From: Candidatus Dormiibacterota bacterium
GTDB lineage: Bacteria > Chloroflexota > Dormibacteria > Aeolococcales > Aeolococcaceae
DNA: 64,000 bases
Reading direction: 5' to 3'
NCBI GenBank assembly: GCA_003153505.1
Contig: PLZA01000016.1
Coordinates: forward strand, 11,094 to 75,093
Positions 46,100 through 56,632 of this stretch are shown here, in pieces. Numbering within the stretch: the first letter of the stretch is position 1; each line of letters begins with the position of its first letter. The notes under the pieces were generated by a model. That model worked only from the letters and a program-made list of their open reading frames with translations, did no database searches and was not told the origin of the DNA. Position numbers and translations under genes: made by a program.

Positions 46100-47269
46100 C
46101 TACGTGAGGACGCCCTCGCGTTCGCTCAAACCGACCGGCAACGGCTTGCCTTCGGCGATCAGGCGCGCGTCTTCGTCAGCGATTTTGTGCAATTCGTCGA
46201 GCAGCGCGTTGACAAGATCGCCCTCGGGCAGCGTCGAGACCACCTTGCCGTTGCGGTACAGGATGCCTTTCTGGCGGCCCCCGGCGATGCCGATGTCGGC
46301 GTGCATGCCCTCACCGGGACCGTTGACGACGCAGCCCATCACCGAGACGGTGATGGTTCGCTTCACGCCCTCGAGCGCCTTGGAGACCTGCGCCACCATC
46401 GGCATCATGTCGATCTCGAGACGGCCGCAGGTCGGGCAGGCGACCAGGTTGGGGCCATCGCCCTTCTCCTGGAGATTGGCGAGGATCTGGCGCGCGACCC
46501 GCACCTCCTCCTCCGGCGAACCGACCAGGGAGACCCGGATGGTGTCGCCAAGGCCTTCGGCGAGGAGCAGGCCGATGCCGAGGGCGCTCTTGATGCTCCC
46601 CGTGTCCACTGGGCCCGCTTCGGTGAGCCCAAGGTGCAGCGGGTAGCGGTTGCCGAGGGCGACGAAGGCGCGATTGGCGGCGACATTGGTGAGGACGTCG
46701 CTCGCCTTGAGCGAGACCTTGATATCGCGGAAGTCGAGCTCCTCGAGCACCCGGATGTGGCTCAGTGCGGCGGCCACCATGTTCTGCGCCGTCTCCTCGA
46801 TCGATCCGCCGCGGCCGCGCGTCAACTCCTTGCGCTGCGGGATGCTGCCGGCATTGACGCCGATGCGGATCGGAACGTTGCGTGCCTTCGCCTCGCGCGC
46901 GATGTCGGCGACCTTCGCGCTGTCGGTGATGTTGCCCGGATTGAGACGCAGGCACTGCACCCCGGCTTCGAGCGCAAGCAACGCGAGGGGTGCGTCGTAA
47001 TGAATGTCGGCGACGACCGGGATCGGTGATTCACGAACGATCTCGTGCAGCGAAGCCGCAGCCTCACGCGTGTCGCAGGTGACCCGGATGATGTCGGCGC
47101 CTGCTTTGGCGGCGCGTTGAATCTGCGCAATCGTCGCCGCCGCATCCTCGGTCTGTGTCTTGGTCATGGTCTGTACCGCGATTGGTGCCGCCCCGCCGAT
47201 GACGACATTCCCAACACGCACCGGGACCGTCGGCCTGCGCTCTTTGATCGGCGAGCCCCTGTCGGTCAT
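46100..47269 (-). CDS. ispG: HMBPP synthase (GcpE)
   Basis: VQTMTKT, ADIHY, RLNPGNI, RIGVNAGS, GDTIRVSL, ACPTCGR, MGCVVNGPGE. Confidence 0.96.
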   Translation of the reverse strand: MTDRGSPIKERRPTVPVRVGNVVIGGAAPIAVQTMTKTQTEDAAATIAQIQRAAKAGADIIRVTCDTREAAASLHEIVRESPIPVVADIHYDAPLALLALEAGVQCLRLNPGNITDSAKVADIAREAKARNVPIRIGVNAGSIPQRKELTRGRGGSIEETAQNMVAAALSHIRVLEELDFRDIKVSLKASDVLTNVAANRAFVALGNRYPLHLGLTEAGPVDTGSIKSALGIGLLLAEGLGDTIRVSLVGSPEEEVRVARQILANLQEKGDGPNLVACPTCGRLEIDMMPMVAQVSKALEGVKRTITVSVMGCVVNGPGEGMHADIGIAGGRQKGILYRNGKVVSTLPEGDLVNALLDELHKIADEDARLIAEGKPLPVGLSEREGVLT

Positions 47270-48558
47270 AGCCTGCTCACGTCTCCGATGGTGACATACA
47301 CGGCGAAGACGACGATCACGGCCAGACCGACCGCTGTGATGGCGGCCTCGACCTTCGGGTTGAGGCGCCGGCGGCGCACTGACTCGATGAGAATGAAGAG
47401 CAATTTGCCGCCGTCGAGGAACGGAATCGGGAGCATGTTCACGAAGCCGAGGTTGAGGCTGATGAACCCGATCCACCACACCAGGCCGTTCGGCCCGAGG
47501 AACCCGTTGTTGGTCGCGACAGCGGTTTCCTGGGCGATGCCGACCGGCCCGGTGAAGCCCTGGGGCCCGTTGATCCCGCCCTGGGGCGGATGCACGATCA
47601 GGCCGTAGATCCCGGTCACCTCGCCCCAGACGAACCCGGGGATGGCGCTGAACCCGCTGGCGATCGCGGCTGGCAAGGCCTCACCGTTGAAACCGGGGAC
47701 GACACCCATGATCCAGGCGGCATGGATGGCGTTGTTGGCCGGATAGCCGTCCGTGATGCCGGACACCGTCACGTTCGTGAAGTACTTGGACGGCGAGCCG
47801 TTCTCATTCTCGAGATAGCCGCTGATGGTGACCGCGGAGCCGCTGCCAAGCAGCGCCGCCGGGTCGCCGGTGCCGACCGGGGTGCCGTTGATCGCCGTGA
47901 CGGCGAGGCCACCGGCAGGAAGCTTGCCGCCGGCCACGGTTGACTGATCGGCGACGATATTCGAGATCGTGAGCGTCGGCGTCAGGGTGGTTGTGTGGAA
48001 GCTGCCGTCAGACGCCTTGTAGACGATGTTCATCGTGCGGCCCTGGCTCTGCGTGGTGGCGTTGTGGAGGTCCGTGGTCACGTCGGCCAGGTTGTCCTGG
48101 CGGATCGTCGTAGCGTTGATCGAGATGATCGTGTCCCCCGCCCGGAGCCCGGCCGCGCCCGCGGCCGCGCGGGCCGCGTAGTTGTACGGGGTTGGCTGCA
48201 TGTCGACGATCGCGAAGATCAGGCCCCCGAAGACGAAGTTGGCGATGATGCCCGCGGACACCGTCGCGAAGCGGCGCGGACGTGACGCGCGGTAGAAGTT
48301 GCGTTCCCCCGCATCACTTTCGCCGGTGAGTCCCAGCATCCCGGCCATGCGCACGAAGCCGCCGGCTGGGATCGCACGGATCGCGTACAGCGTCTCGCCG
48401 AGCGTACGAGAGTAGAGCTTGGGGCCGAACCCGATCGAGAATTCCTCGACCTTGATGCCCGACAGCTTGCCGACCGCGAAGTGCCCGAACTCGTGGATGG
48501 TGATCACCGAGACGAGCACGAGGATGAACGCGCCGGCATAGATCAGAAACTGGGTCAT
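47266..48558 (-). CDS. rseP: M50-family RIP metalloprotease RseP
   Basis: HEFGH, FSIGFGP, GGFVRM, AGIIANF, GPVGI, NMLPIPFLDGG. Confidence 0.93.
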   Translation of the reverse strand: MTQFLIYAGAFILVLVSVITIHEFGHFAVGKLSGIKVEEFSIGFGPKLYSRTLGETLYAIRAIPAGGFVRMAGMLGLTGESDAGERNFYRASRPRRFATVSAGIIANFVFGGLIFAIVDMQPTPYNYAARAAAGAAGLRAGDTIISINATTIRQDNLADVTTDLHNATTQSQGRTMNIVYKASDGSFHTTTLTPTLTISNIVADQSTVAGGKLPAGGLAVTAINGTPVGTGDPAALLGSGSAVTISGYLENENGSPSKYFTNVTVSGITDGYPANNAIHAAWIMGVVPGFNGEALPAAIASGFSAIPGFVWGEVTGIYGLIVHPPQGGINGPQGFTGPVGIAQETAVATNNGFLGPNGLVWWIGFISLNLGFVNMLPIPFLDGGKLLFILIESVRRRRLNPKVEAAITAVGLAVIVVFAVYVTIGDVSRL

Positions 48559-49715
48559 CGCGCCACGGTCGCTCCGACGGTATTGGTCCGGACGAACTCG
48601 CGTCCCCACGCGTCGGCGGCGAGCACCGCATCGAGCGACGACGCGCCGTGATCGTGGAACGCGGAAAGCGCCTCGCTCACCAGGGGCACGATCTCGTCGA
48701 ACCTGCATTGCCCGGCGGTGAAAGCCGTCACGGCCTCCTCGTTCGCCGCGTTGAAGACGCACGGGGCGAGCCCCCCGCGTTCGCCGGCACTGCGCGCGAG
48801 CGCGACCGCGGGGAACCGGGCGCCGTCCACGGGCAGGAATTCGAGCGGTGAGACGTCACGAAGGTCGAGGTGCGGCCCGACCCCGGGGAGCCGCTCGCCG
48901 TCCGCGAGAGCGAGGGCGATCGGCACCCGCATATCGGGAATGCCCATCTGCGCGACCACCGCTCCATCCTGGAATTCGACCCAACTGTGCACGATGCTCG
49001 TCGGATGGATCGCCACGTCGATTGACGCGTAGGGGGCATCGAAGAGGAAGTGCGCCTCGATCACCTCGAGGCCCTTGTTCATCATCGTGGCGGAATCGAT
49101 CGTCACCTTCGGCCCCATATTCCAGGTTGGATGCGCGAGGGCCTCGGCAGGGGTGATGGAGGCGAACGTGTCGAGCGGGCGGCGGAGGAAGGGGCCGCCG
49201 CTGGCGGTCAGCACCAGCCGCGAGACCGAGGCGGGATCCTCGCCGCGCAGGCACTGCCAGAGCGCGGAGTGCTCGCTGTCGATCGGGACGATGCGGGCGC
49301 CGGCGGTGGCAGCCCGAGCCTTGACGAGCTCACCCGCCATGACCAGGACTTCCTTGGTGGCGGTCGCGATCGTGGCGCCCGCGTCGATCGCCGCGAGGGT
49401 CGGGCGGATCGCCGCAGCTCCGGTGATCGCCACGCAGACCACGTCAGCCTCCATCGCGGCGATCTCGCAGGCTGCTTCCATACCGGCGGCGCAGCCCGCG
49501 GGGAGCGCCGCACCCGGCTCCGCGTGGACGAGGGCCGTGCGCGCGACGCCGAATCGGGCCGCGATCGCCGCAAGCGCTGCACCGTCGCTCCCCGCCACCG
49601 CGCCGACCAGCTCGAATCGGTTGGGAAACCGGGCGATGACGTCACATGCCTGGCTGCCGATCGAACCGGTCGCGCCCAGAAGGACGACGCGTCGGCGGGA
49701 CGTGGGGAGTGTCAC
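48555..49715 (-). CDS. dxr: 1-deoxy-D-xylulose-5-phosphate reductoisomerase
   Basis: LGATGSIG, PIDSEHSA, LTASGGPF, HPTWNMGPKVTIDSATMMNKGLE, NAANE. Confidence 0.96.
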   Translation of the reverse strand: MTLPTSRRRVVLLGATGSIGSQACDVIARFPNRFELVGAVAGSDGAALAAIAARFGVARTALVHAEPGAALPAGCAAGMEAACEIAAMEADVVCVAITGAAAIRPTLAAIDAGATIATATKEVLVMAGELVKARAATAGARIVPIDSEHSALWQCLRGEDPASVSRLVLTASGGPFLRRPLDTFASITPAEALAHPTWNMGPKVTIDSATMMNKGLEVIEAHFLFDAPYASIDVAIHPTSIVHSWVEFQDGAVVAQMGIPDMRVPIALALADGERLPGVGPHLDLRDVSPLEFLPVDGARFPAVALARSAGERGGLAPCVFNAANEEAVTAFTAGQCRFDEIVPLVSEALSAFHDHGASSLDAVLAADAWGREFVRTNTVGATVAR

Positions 49716-49773
49716 TTGTGCGCAGATGCCTCGGTTCGCAGTACAGCAGAGCACACCACCGCTTTCACCGGGG

Positions 49774-50583
49774 TTACGGGAATGCGATCAGCTTCAAGTA
49801 GCAATATACGACCGGCGCAAGCAGGACAAGGCTGTCGGCCCTGTCGAGGAGGCCCCCGTGACCGGGGATGAGCGTTCCCGAGTCCTTGACGCCCGCCTCG
49901 CGCTTCATCGCTGACTCGACCAGGTCGCCACCCTGCGCCGCCACCGCCATGAGTGCGCCCAGACCGGCGCCGGCTGGCACGCTGATGCCGATCAGCCAGG
50001 GCCCTGCGAGCGCGCCGACCAGCAGCGAGGCCACCGCGCCGGCGATCGCCCCCTCCAGCGACTTGCGCGGCGAGATCGAGTGGAAGAACGGATGGCGGCC
50101 GATCGTGGAGCCGACGAAGTACGCGGCGCTGTCCCCGATCACCGCTCCGGCGAGGGCGAGCACCACGAGCCGGAACCCGAGGTGGTTGGCATCCTGGATG
50201 TGCCAGCGATAGATCGCCACCCAGAAGCCGAGGCAGAGCCCGACGTACGTGGCGCCGCCGACCGCCAGTGCCCAGCCGGCGAAGCTCTGACGGAGTCCCA
50301 GACCGGCCAGCAGACCGACCACGACCGCGGCGGCGAACGCCCAGTCCGCCGCCATGTCCGATGCGGGCAGAACGAACCTGATGCTGAGGAAGACGCTGAG
50401 CGGCAGGGTCAACCAGACCGGTGGCGTGGGTCCCATCCGCCCCAGCAGCCCGCGCAGCTCCCAGGCCCCGATCAGCGCCCCCAGCCCGACCACGACGGCG
50501 ACCGCCGCAGTGCCGATCCACAGGGCGGCGGCGATGACTGCCACCAGCACCACCCCCGACACCACCCTGAGGGCGAGGTTCAT
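49774..50583 (-). CDS. cdsA: Phosphatidate cytidylyltransferase
   Basis: DSAAYFVG, ISPRKSLEG, GDLVES.MKR.AGVKDSG.LIPGHGGLLDR.DS. Confidence 0.95.
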   Translation of the reverse strand: MNLALRVVSGVVLVAVIAAALWIGTAAVAVVVGLGALIGAWELRGLLGRMGPTPPVWLTLPLSVFLSIRFVLPASDMAADWAFAAAVVVGLLAGLGLRQSFAGWALAVGGATYVGLCLGFWVAIYRWHIQDANHLGFRLVVLALAGAVIGDSAAYFVGSTIGRHPFFHSISPRKSLEGAIAGAVASLLVGALAGPWLIGISVPAGAGLGALMAVAAQGGDLVESAMKREAGVKDSGTLIPGHGGLLDRADSLVLLAPVVYCYLKLIAFP

Positions 50584-51407
50584 TCCGCCCGGTCGGCGTG
50601 CTGCACGTTGCCCGCGTGGGCGGGAACGCGCTCGATCGGCGCCGGGATGGCACCGAACTTCCGCTCGCGGCTGGAGAAGTCGGCGAGCGCGTCGTGGATC
50701 GCCGTCTCGCCGAAGTCCGGCCACAGGGTGTCAGTGACGTACAGCTCGGCGTACGCTGCCTGCCAGAGCAGGAAGTTGCTGATCCGGAGCTCTCCCGCGG
50801 TGCGGACGATCAGGTCCGGGTCCGGAAGGCCGCGCGTGTAGAGCGCGTCACTGATGGTCGGCTCGTCCAGGGCCGTCAAATCCTCGCCGGATCCGGCCAG
50901 CTCCCGGATCGCATCGACGATCTCACGTCTGCCTCCGTAGTTGATGGCGACGTTGAGGATTGCCGAGGTGTCGCCCGCAGTGAGGGCTTCGGCCTGGGCC
51001 ACCTTCTCCTGGAGCGACTCGCTGAGCCGGGCTCGGTCGCCGAGCACGCGAATCTGCACGCCGTTCTCGTGCAACTCGCCGACCTCGCGGTCGATGGTCT
51101 CGCCGAAGAGCCGCATGAGCGCCATCACCTCGCCTCGAGGGCGCTGCCAGTTCTCCGTGCTGAACGCATAGAGCGTGAGGATGTGGACGTCTGCCTGGTG
51201 GCACGCCTCCATGACGGGACGGATCGCGCGGACGCCGGCGCGATGGCCGGCCACCCGTGGGAGGTGACGCTGTCTGGCCCAGCGCCCATTGCCATCCATG
51301 ATGATGCCGACGTGCCGCGGAAGATCTGCCCTTGCGGGGAGCGGGATCGCGGCGGGATCGGGTGGGCGCTGCATTGTGGTGTCGAGGTCAGAACGCCCTG
51401 AAGGCAT
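50580..51407 (-). CDS. uppS: Isoprenyl (undecaprenyl) diphosphate synthase
   Basis: HVGIIMDGNGRWA, YAFSTENW, NYGGR, RTAGE.RISNFLLWQ. Confidence 0.96.
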   Translation of the reverse strand: MPSGRSDLDTTMQRPPDPAAIPLPARADLPRHVGIIMDGNGRWARQRHLPRVAGHRAGVRAIRPVMEACHQADVHILTLYAFSTENWQRPRGEVMALMRLFGETIDREVGELHENGVQIRVLGDRARLSESLQEKVAQAEALTAGDTSAILNVAINYGGRREIVDAIRELAGSGEDLTALDEPTISDALYTRGLPDPDLIVRTAGELRISNFLLWQAAYAELYVTDTLWPDFGETAIHDALADFSSRERKFGAIPAPIERVPAHAGNVQHADRAE

Positions 51408-51431
51408 CGGCCGTTTCGGCGCGGGTCTCCG

Positions 51432-52025
51432 TCAGACCTCGAGGATCTCAGCCTCCTTCCTTTGGATGGCGTCGTCGATCCTGGCGATGAACTGGTCGGT
51501 GATCTTCTGGACGTCGATGAGCTTGGACGCGACCTCGTCCTTGCTCACGTGGCCATCCTTCTCGACGCGGCGGAGATGCTCGACCTCGTCGCGGCGGATG
51601 TTGCGCACGGCGACGCGCGCCTCCTCGGCTTTGCGGTGGATCACCTTGACGAGGTCCTTGCGGCGCTCCTCGGTGAGCTGCGGGATCGCGACGCGGATCA
51701 CCTGGCCGTCATTGCTCGGGTTGAGCCCGAGGTCGCTTTTCTGAATCGCCTTCTCGATGGCGCCGAGCGAGGTCCGGTCGTACGGTTGGATAACCAGCAT
51801 GCTGGCCTCCGGGACGCTGATCCCGGCGATGCTCTGGAGCGGCGTCGGGGCGCCGTAGTAATCGACGTGCAACCGTTCCAGCAGCGCCGGCGAGGCACGC
51901 CCGGTGCGCACCGTCATCAGCTCCCGATGCAGGGCCTCGACGCTCTTCTCCATGCGCTGGTGCGCGTCAGCGAGGCGCAGCGCAATCTGTTGTTCGGGAT
52001 CGTCCGGCTGGTCGCGGTCGCTCAC
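51432..52025 (-). CDS. frr: Ribosome recycling factor
   Basis: [38 protein letters not shown]. Confidence 0.97.
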   Translation of the reverse strand: MSDRDQPDDPEQQIALRLADAHQRMEKSVEALHRELMTVRTGRASPALLERLHVDYYGAPTPLQSIAGISVPEASMLVIQPYDRTSLGAIEKAIQKSDLGLNPSNDGQVIRVAIPQLTEERRKDLVKVIHRKAEEARVAVRNIRRDEVEHLRRVEKDGHVSKDEVASKLIDVQKITDQFIARIDDAIQRKEAEILEV

Positions 52026-52810
52026 TCGGCGTCGCCTTCCGCATCGACGCGGGTGCCGATCTGCTCACCGAGAATCACGCGCTCGATGTTTCCCTGGGTG
52101 AAGAGGTCGAATACGATGATCGGCATGCGGTTGTCCATGCAGAGCGTCACCGCGGTGCTGTCCATGATGGCGAGCCCGCGGTTGAGCACATCCAGGTACG
52201 TGAGGTTCGCCAGCCGCGTCGCGTCACTCACCTTCTTGGGGTCCGCGCTGTAGATGCCGTCGACCTTGGTCGCTTTCAGGAGTACATCGGCGCCGATCTC
52301 GACGGCGCGCAGCGCGGCGGTCGTGTCGGTGGTGAAGAACGGGTTCCCGGTCCCGGCGGCGAGAATCACGAGCCGGCCCTTTTCGAGGTGACGGATCGCC
52401 CGTCGCGGGATGAACGGCTCGGCAACCTGTGACATTGCGATCGCGCTCTGCAGCCGGCAGTCGATTCCGAACTGCTCAATGGCGTCGCGGAGCGCGAGTG
52501 CGTTGATAACTGTGGCGAGCATGCCCATGTAGTCGGCCGTGACCCGGTCGATGCCGTGCTGCGCCGCCTCGGTGCCGCGCACGATGTTGCCGCCGCCGAC
52601 AACGATTGCCACCTGCACGCCGCGCTCGACGATGTGGGTCAGTTGCTCCGCGATGTGGCGGACCGCGCCGTATTCGATGCCGTATCCGGCCTCGCCGAGC
52701 AGCGCCTCGCCGCCGAGCTTGAGGATGACGCGGCCGAACACCGGCCTGCGGCCGTCGTCTGCGCGTCCCGTCACCGCGGCAAGTTCCACGTTTGAGGCTC
52801 CGAGGCTCAC
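52022..52810 (-). CDS. pyrH: UMP kinase
   Basis: [35 protein letters not shown]. Confidence 0.97.
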   Translation of the reverse strand: MSLGASNVELAAVTGRADDGRRPVFGRVILKLGGEALLGEAGYGIEYGAVRHIAEQLTHIVERGVQVAIVVGGGNIVRGTEAAQHGIDRVTADYMGMLATVINALALRDAIEQFGIDCRLQSAIAMSQVAEPFIPRRAIRHLEKGRLVILAAGTGNPFFTTDTTAALRAVEIGADVLLKATKVDGIYSADPKKVSDATRLANLTYLDVLNRGLAIMDSTAVTLCMDNRMPIIVFDLFTQGNIERVILGEQIGTRVDAEGDAE

Positions 52811-53448
52811 TCGGCTGCCGGCGCAGCCGCGCCGTTACTCTCGCTGCTCTCACCGCCCACGGAGAAGCGGGCGAAGCGGGCCACGGAGATGTTCTCGCCG
52901 AGCTTGGCGATCGCCTCGGTCACAAGGTCGCCGACCTTCTTCTTGTCGTCCTTGATCCACGGCTGCTCGAGCAGGCAGATCTGCGCGAAGAAGGCATCGA
53001 GCTTGCCGGTGAGGATCTTCTCGACGATGTTCTCCGGCTTGCCCTGCACCTGCTCGCGGTAGACGGCGCGTTCGCGCTCGACGATGTCGGCGGGCACGTC
53101 CTCGCGGCGCACGTACTGCGGGGCCATGCCGACGACCTGGAGTGCGAGCGTGTGTGCGAGATGCTTGAAGTCATCGGTCTTGGCGACGAAATCGGACTCG
53201 CAGTTGAGCTCGATGAGCGCTCCTTGCTTGGCGATGCCGCCGGCGTGGTGGATGTACGCCTCGACCAGGCCCTCATTCGTGCTGCGCCCTGCTTTCGCTG
53301 CTGCGCGGGAGAATCCCTTGGCCCGCAACCAATCCTCCGCCTTGTCCATATCGCCATCGCACTCGACCAGGGCGCGCTTGCAGTCCATCATCCCCGCGCC
53401 GGTCCGCTCTCGCAAGGCTTTGACCATTGCCGCCGTGACCTCGGCCAT
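52807..53448 (-). CDS. tsf: Elongation factor Ts (short form)
   Basis: [35 protein letters not shown]; 213 aa. Confidence 0.97.
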   Translation of the reverse strand: MAEVTAAMVKALRERTGAGMMDCKRALVECDGDMDKAEDWLRAKGFSRAAAKAGRSTNEGLVEAYIHHAGGIAKQGALIELNCESDFVAKTDDFKHLAHTLALQVVGMAPQYVRREDVPADIVERERAVYREQVQGKPENIVEKILTGKLDAFFAQICLLEQPWIKDDKKKVGDLVTEAIAKLGENISVARFARFSVGGESSESNGAAAPAAE

Positions 53449-54353
53449 CAGCTCGCGGCCTCGGTATCGGACGCGCCCGCGCCGGCCACTGCGGGCTCGG
53501 GCGCTGCCGCTGCCGCTGCCGCCGCAGCCTGCTCCGCGGCAATCGCATCCGCGTGCGCAGCGGCTGCCGCTGCCTGTTCTGCGGCGACGATCGCCGCCGC
53601 CTCGGCGGCCACGGCCGCCTCGTGCTCGCGCTTCTCGGCTTCCTGACGCTCCTGCAACTCGCGCTCGCTGAACTGCTGCAGCCCCTCGGCGATCGCCTTG
53701 CCGATCTCGGTCACGATCAGGCGGCAGCTGCGCATGGCGTCGTCGTTGCCGGGGATCACGACCTGAATGTCGTCAGGGTCGCAGTTGGTGTCGACGATCG
53801 CCACGATCGGGATGTTCAGCTTGTTGGCCTCGGTGACCGCGATGCGCTCCTTCTTGCAGTCGATGACGAACACCGCTCCCGGGAGCCGCTTCATATCGGC
53901 CATGCCGGCGAAGTTGTTCTCCAGGCGCTCGAGGTCGTCCTTCGCGTCGTTGGCCTCCTTGCCGCTCATCCGCTCGAAGTCGCCCTTCGACTGCATCACG
54001 CGCAGTTCCGCGAGGCGGCGCAGGCGCCGCTGGATGACGGTGAAGTTGGTGAGCATCCCACCCATCCAGCGATGGGTGACATAGGCCTGGCCGGTGTTCC
54101 GGCAGACCTCCTCGATGACGTCCTGCGCCTGCTTCTTGGTGCCGACGAAGAGGACCTTCTGGCCGCTCCCGACGATGTCCCGCAGATACTCGCAGGCGAC
54201 GTCGAGCTGCTTCTGGGTCTGCTCGAGGTCGATGATGTGGATGCCGTTGCGCGCCGTGAAGATGTACGGACGCATCCGGGGATTCCACCGGCTTGTCTGG
54301 TGGCCGAAGTGAACTCCGGCCTCCAGCAGCTGGCGCAGTGTTACTGCCGGCAT
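53448..54353 (-). CDS. rpsB: 30S ribosomal protein S2 with Ala-rich C-terminal tail
   Basis: LLEAGVHFGH, FVGTKKQA, RWMGGMLTN, DTNCDP, PGNDD; ATG 54353 after AGGAG. Confidence 0.97.
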   Translation of the reverse strand: MPAVTLRQLLEAGVHFGHQTSRWNPRMRPYIFTARNGIHIIDLEQTQKQLDVACEYLRDIVGSGQKVLFVGTKKQAQDVIEEVCRNTGQAYVTHRWMGGMLTNFTVIQRRLRRLAELRVMQSKGDFERMSGKEANDAKDDLERLENNFAGMADMKRLPGAVFVIDCKKERIAVTEANKLNIPIVAIVDTNCDPDDIQVVIPGNDDAMRSCRLIVTEIGKAIAEGLQQFSERELQERQEAEKREHEAAVAAEAAAIVAAEQAAAAAAHADAIAAEQAAAAAAAAAPEPAVAGAGASDTEAAS

Positions 54354-54361
54354 GGGCGGTC

Positions 54362-54462
54362 GCTCCTGTTGGGGTGGTGTGGTGCCTCCGTCCGGGGTGA
54401 ACCGCGGCGGCGACCCGGGGGCACCGGGCACCCGCCGGCCGCGTGAAACCGGACGTGTGAGA
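54362..54462 (-). ncRNA. rpsB leader (t44-like S2 autoregulatory RNA)
   Basis: Minus strand CACACG...GGGTGCCC...GGGTCG...GGAGGC has the element order of the rpsB/t44 leader; extended -10 TGGTACACT at 54478-54470 just upstream. Confidence 0.75.
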
Positions 54463-54512
54463 TGACCGGAGTGTACCAGCCCCGCCCGACTCCTACACCG
54501 GTGCCCGCGGCG

Positions 54513-56057
54513 TCAGAGCACGTAGCGGCGGAGGTCCTGGTTGCGCACCAGGTCGCCGAGCCGGTCTCCCACGTAGGCGGCATCGATGACTACTGTCATA
54601 CCGGCGAGCTCCTCGGCGCCGAATGAGACGTCCTCGAGCACCTTCTCCATGATGGTAAAGAGGCGGCGAGCGCCGAGGTTCTCGTCCTCCTCGTTGACGC
54701 GGTACGCCTGAGCGGCGAGCTCGCGAATCCCGTCATCGGTGAAGTCGAGCGTCACGTGCTCGGTGCCGAGCAGCGCCGCGTACTGCCGGGTCAAGGCGTT
54801 GCCCGGCTCGGTGAGGATGCGGACGAGGTCGTCCTCGCTGAGCGGCTTCAGCTCGACGCGGATCGGGAAGCGGCCCTGGAACTCCGGGATCAGATCGCTG
54901 GGCCGGGCCGCGGTGAAGGCGCCTGCGGCGATGAAGAGGACGTGGTCGGTGCGCACCGGTCCGTAGCGGGTGTGCACCGTTGAGCCCTCGAGGATCGGCA
55001 GCAGGTCGCGCTGCACCCCCTCGCCGCTGACATCCGGACCGCGGTCCGAAGCCGGGCCACAGATCTTGTCGACCTCATCGATGAACACGACACCCGTGTC
55101 CTCGACCAGGTGGATCGCATCGTCATAGACGCGGTCCATGTCGATGAGCCGGTCGGTCTCCTCGTCGATGAGCACGTCGCGAGCTTCGGCAACGGTCATC
55201 AGCTTCTTTCGCTTGCGCGGCGGGGCAAGCTGGGAGAAGAAGTCGGACAGCGAGACGCCGACCTCCTCGAGGCCGGTCCCTGTGAATCCCTCGAACGCGG
55301 GCTGGAAAGGCTCCTCGACCTCGATGTCGACGGTCGCGTCCTCCAGGGACCCGGCGGCGAGGCGGCTTGCCAGGCGGCGGCGCCGGGCACGCGCGCGTCG
55401 GGCCTCAGCAACCCCCTGCCCGGGGCTGGGTGCGGCCTCCTCCGGGCGCTGCCGCGCCGCACGCTGCCGCTCGTCGGCTTCATGGAGTGTCTCGACGAGG
55501 CGCGCGTCGGCGAGGACGCGGGCACGCGGCTCCGCCTCCTCGACGCGGTCCTCGTGCAGCTCGGTGATGGTCTGCTCGAGCAGATCGCGAAGGATCGACT
55601 CGACGTCGCGGCCGACGTACCCGACCTCGGTGAACTTGGTCGCCTCGACCTTGATGAAGGGCGACTCCGTCAGGCGGGCGACGCGCCTCGCGATCTCCGT
55701 CTTGCCGACCCCGGTCGGGCCGATCATCAGGATGTTCTTGGGCAGCACCTCGTTGCGCATGTCCTCGGGGAGCATCCGCCGCCGCACCCGATTGCGCAGC
55801 GCGATGGCGACCGATCGCTTCGCCTCGTGCTGGCCGATGATGTATTCGTCGAGCCGGCGCACCACCTCGGCGGGCCGCAGCGTCTCGATTGCGACCGCCT
55901 CGATCAGGTCGTGCGGCGTCTGGTCCGGTGGGGTTGGGTCGTGGGGCGTTAGGTCGGAAGGGATTCGGTCGGCGGGCGTTGGGTCGGCGGGCGTTGGGTC
56001 GGCGGGCGTTGGGTCGGACGCCTCGGGGTCGGGCTCGACGGCTGCGGCGCTGGTCAC
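54513..56057 (-). CDS. hslU: HslU ATPase subunit of the HslUV protease
   Basis: [61 protein letters not shown]. Confidence 0.97.
   Translation of the reverse strand: MTSAAAVEPDPEASDPTPADPTPADPTPADRIPSDLTPHDPTPPDQTPHDLIEAVAIETLRPAEVVRRLDEYIIGQHEAKRSVAIALRNRVRRRMLPEDMRNEVLPKNILMIGPTGVGKTEIARRVARLTESPFIKVEATKFTEVGYVGRDVESILRDLLEQTITELHEDRVEEAEPRARVLADARLVETLHEADERQRAARQRPEEAAPSPGQGVAEARRARARRRRLASRLAAGSLEDATVDIEVEEPFQPAFEGFTGTGLEEVGVSLSDFFSQLAPPRKRKKLMTVAEARDVLIDEETDRLIDMDRVYDDAIHLVEDTGVVFIDEVDKICGPASDRGPDVSGEGVQRDLLPILEGSTVHTRYGPVRTDHVLFIAAGAFTAARPSDLIPEFQGRFPIRVELKPLSEDDLVRILTEPGNALTRQYAALLGTEHVTLDFTDDGIRELAAQAYRVNEEDENLGARRLFTIMEKVLEDVSFGAEELAGMTVVIDAAYVGDRLGDLVRNQDLRRYVL
55907..56035. repeat. 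15-bp coding tandem repeat in the 5' end of hslU (about 8 units, 3 perfect)
   Basis: GGTCGGCGGGCGTTG x3 at 55967-56011 with degenerate GGTC-anchored units on both sides; encodes DPTPA-like pentapeptides. Confidence 0.9.
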
Positions 56058-56632
56058 GCGGGAACGGGCGCCGCGGGCTCCGGCGTGGCGAGCTCGAGGG
56101 TTTCCACTGTGATGTTGTCGTTGGTGTAGATGCAGAGCCGCGCGGCGATGAGCAGGGCGCGCCGGGCGATGTCCTCGGCACCGAGGTCGGTGCTCTCGAG
56201 GAGCGCCGCCGCGGCGGCGTGCGCGTAGGGACCGCCGCTGCCAATGGCCACGACACCGTCGCCGTCGTCGGGTTCGATCACCTCGCCGTCGCCACTCAGC
56301 AGCAGGATGCGGTGAGCGTCAGCCACGATGAGCATCGCCTCGAGTCGGCGCAGGTATTTGTCCGTGCGCCACTCCTTGCTGAGTCCGATCGCCGCGCGTA
56401 CCAGGTTGCCCTGGTGTTTGTCGAGATGCTGCTCGAATTTGTCGAACAGGGTCAGCGCGTCGGCCACGGCACCCGCGAAGCCGCAGACGACCTGACCGTG
56501 GAAGAGGCGGCGGACCTTCGAGGCGCGCGCCTTCATCACGATGTCGCCGACGGTCACCTGGCCGTCGCCGGCCACGGCCACGGTCCCGGCGCGCTGCACA
56601 GCCACGACAGTCGTCGCGTGCGCGCCGGTCAT
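56054..56632 (-). CDS. hslV: HslV protease subunit
   Basis: HATTVVAV (Thr nucleophile), [38 protein letters not shown]. Confidence 0.96.
   Translation of the reverse strand: MTGAHATTVVAVQRAGTVAVAGDGQVTVGDIVMKARASKVRRLFHGQVVCGFAGAVADALTLFDKFEQHLDKHQGNLVRAAIGLSKEWRTDKYLRRLEAMLIVADAHRILLLSGDGEVIEPDDGDGVVAIGSGGPYAHAAAAALLESTDLGAEDIARRALLIAARLCIYTNDNITVETLELATPEPAAPVPA

Noticed and set aside
53455-53640. GCC/GCT-rich low-complexity stretch
   Set aside because: It encodes the Ala-rich tail of S2; such tails are common.
55907-56035. Repeat considered as a possible CRISPR array
   Set aside because: It has a 15-bp period without unique spacers, is in-frame in hslU, and no cas genes are present.
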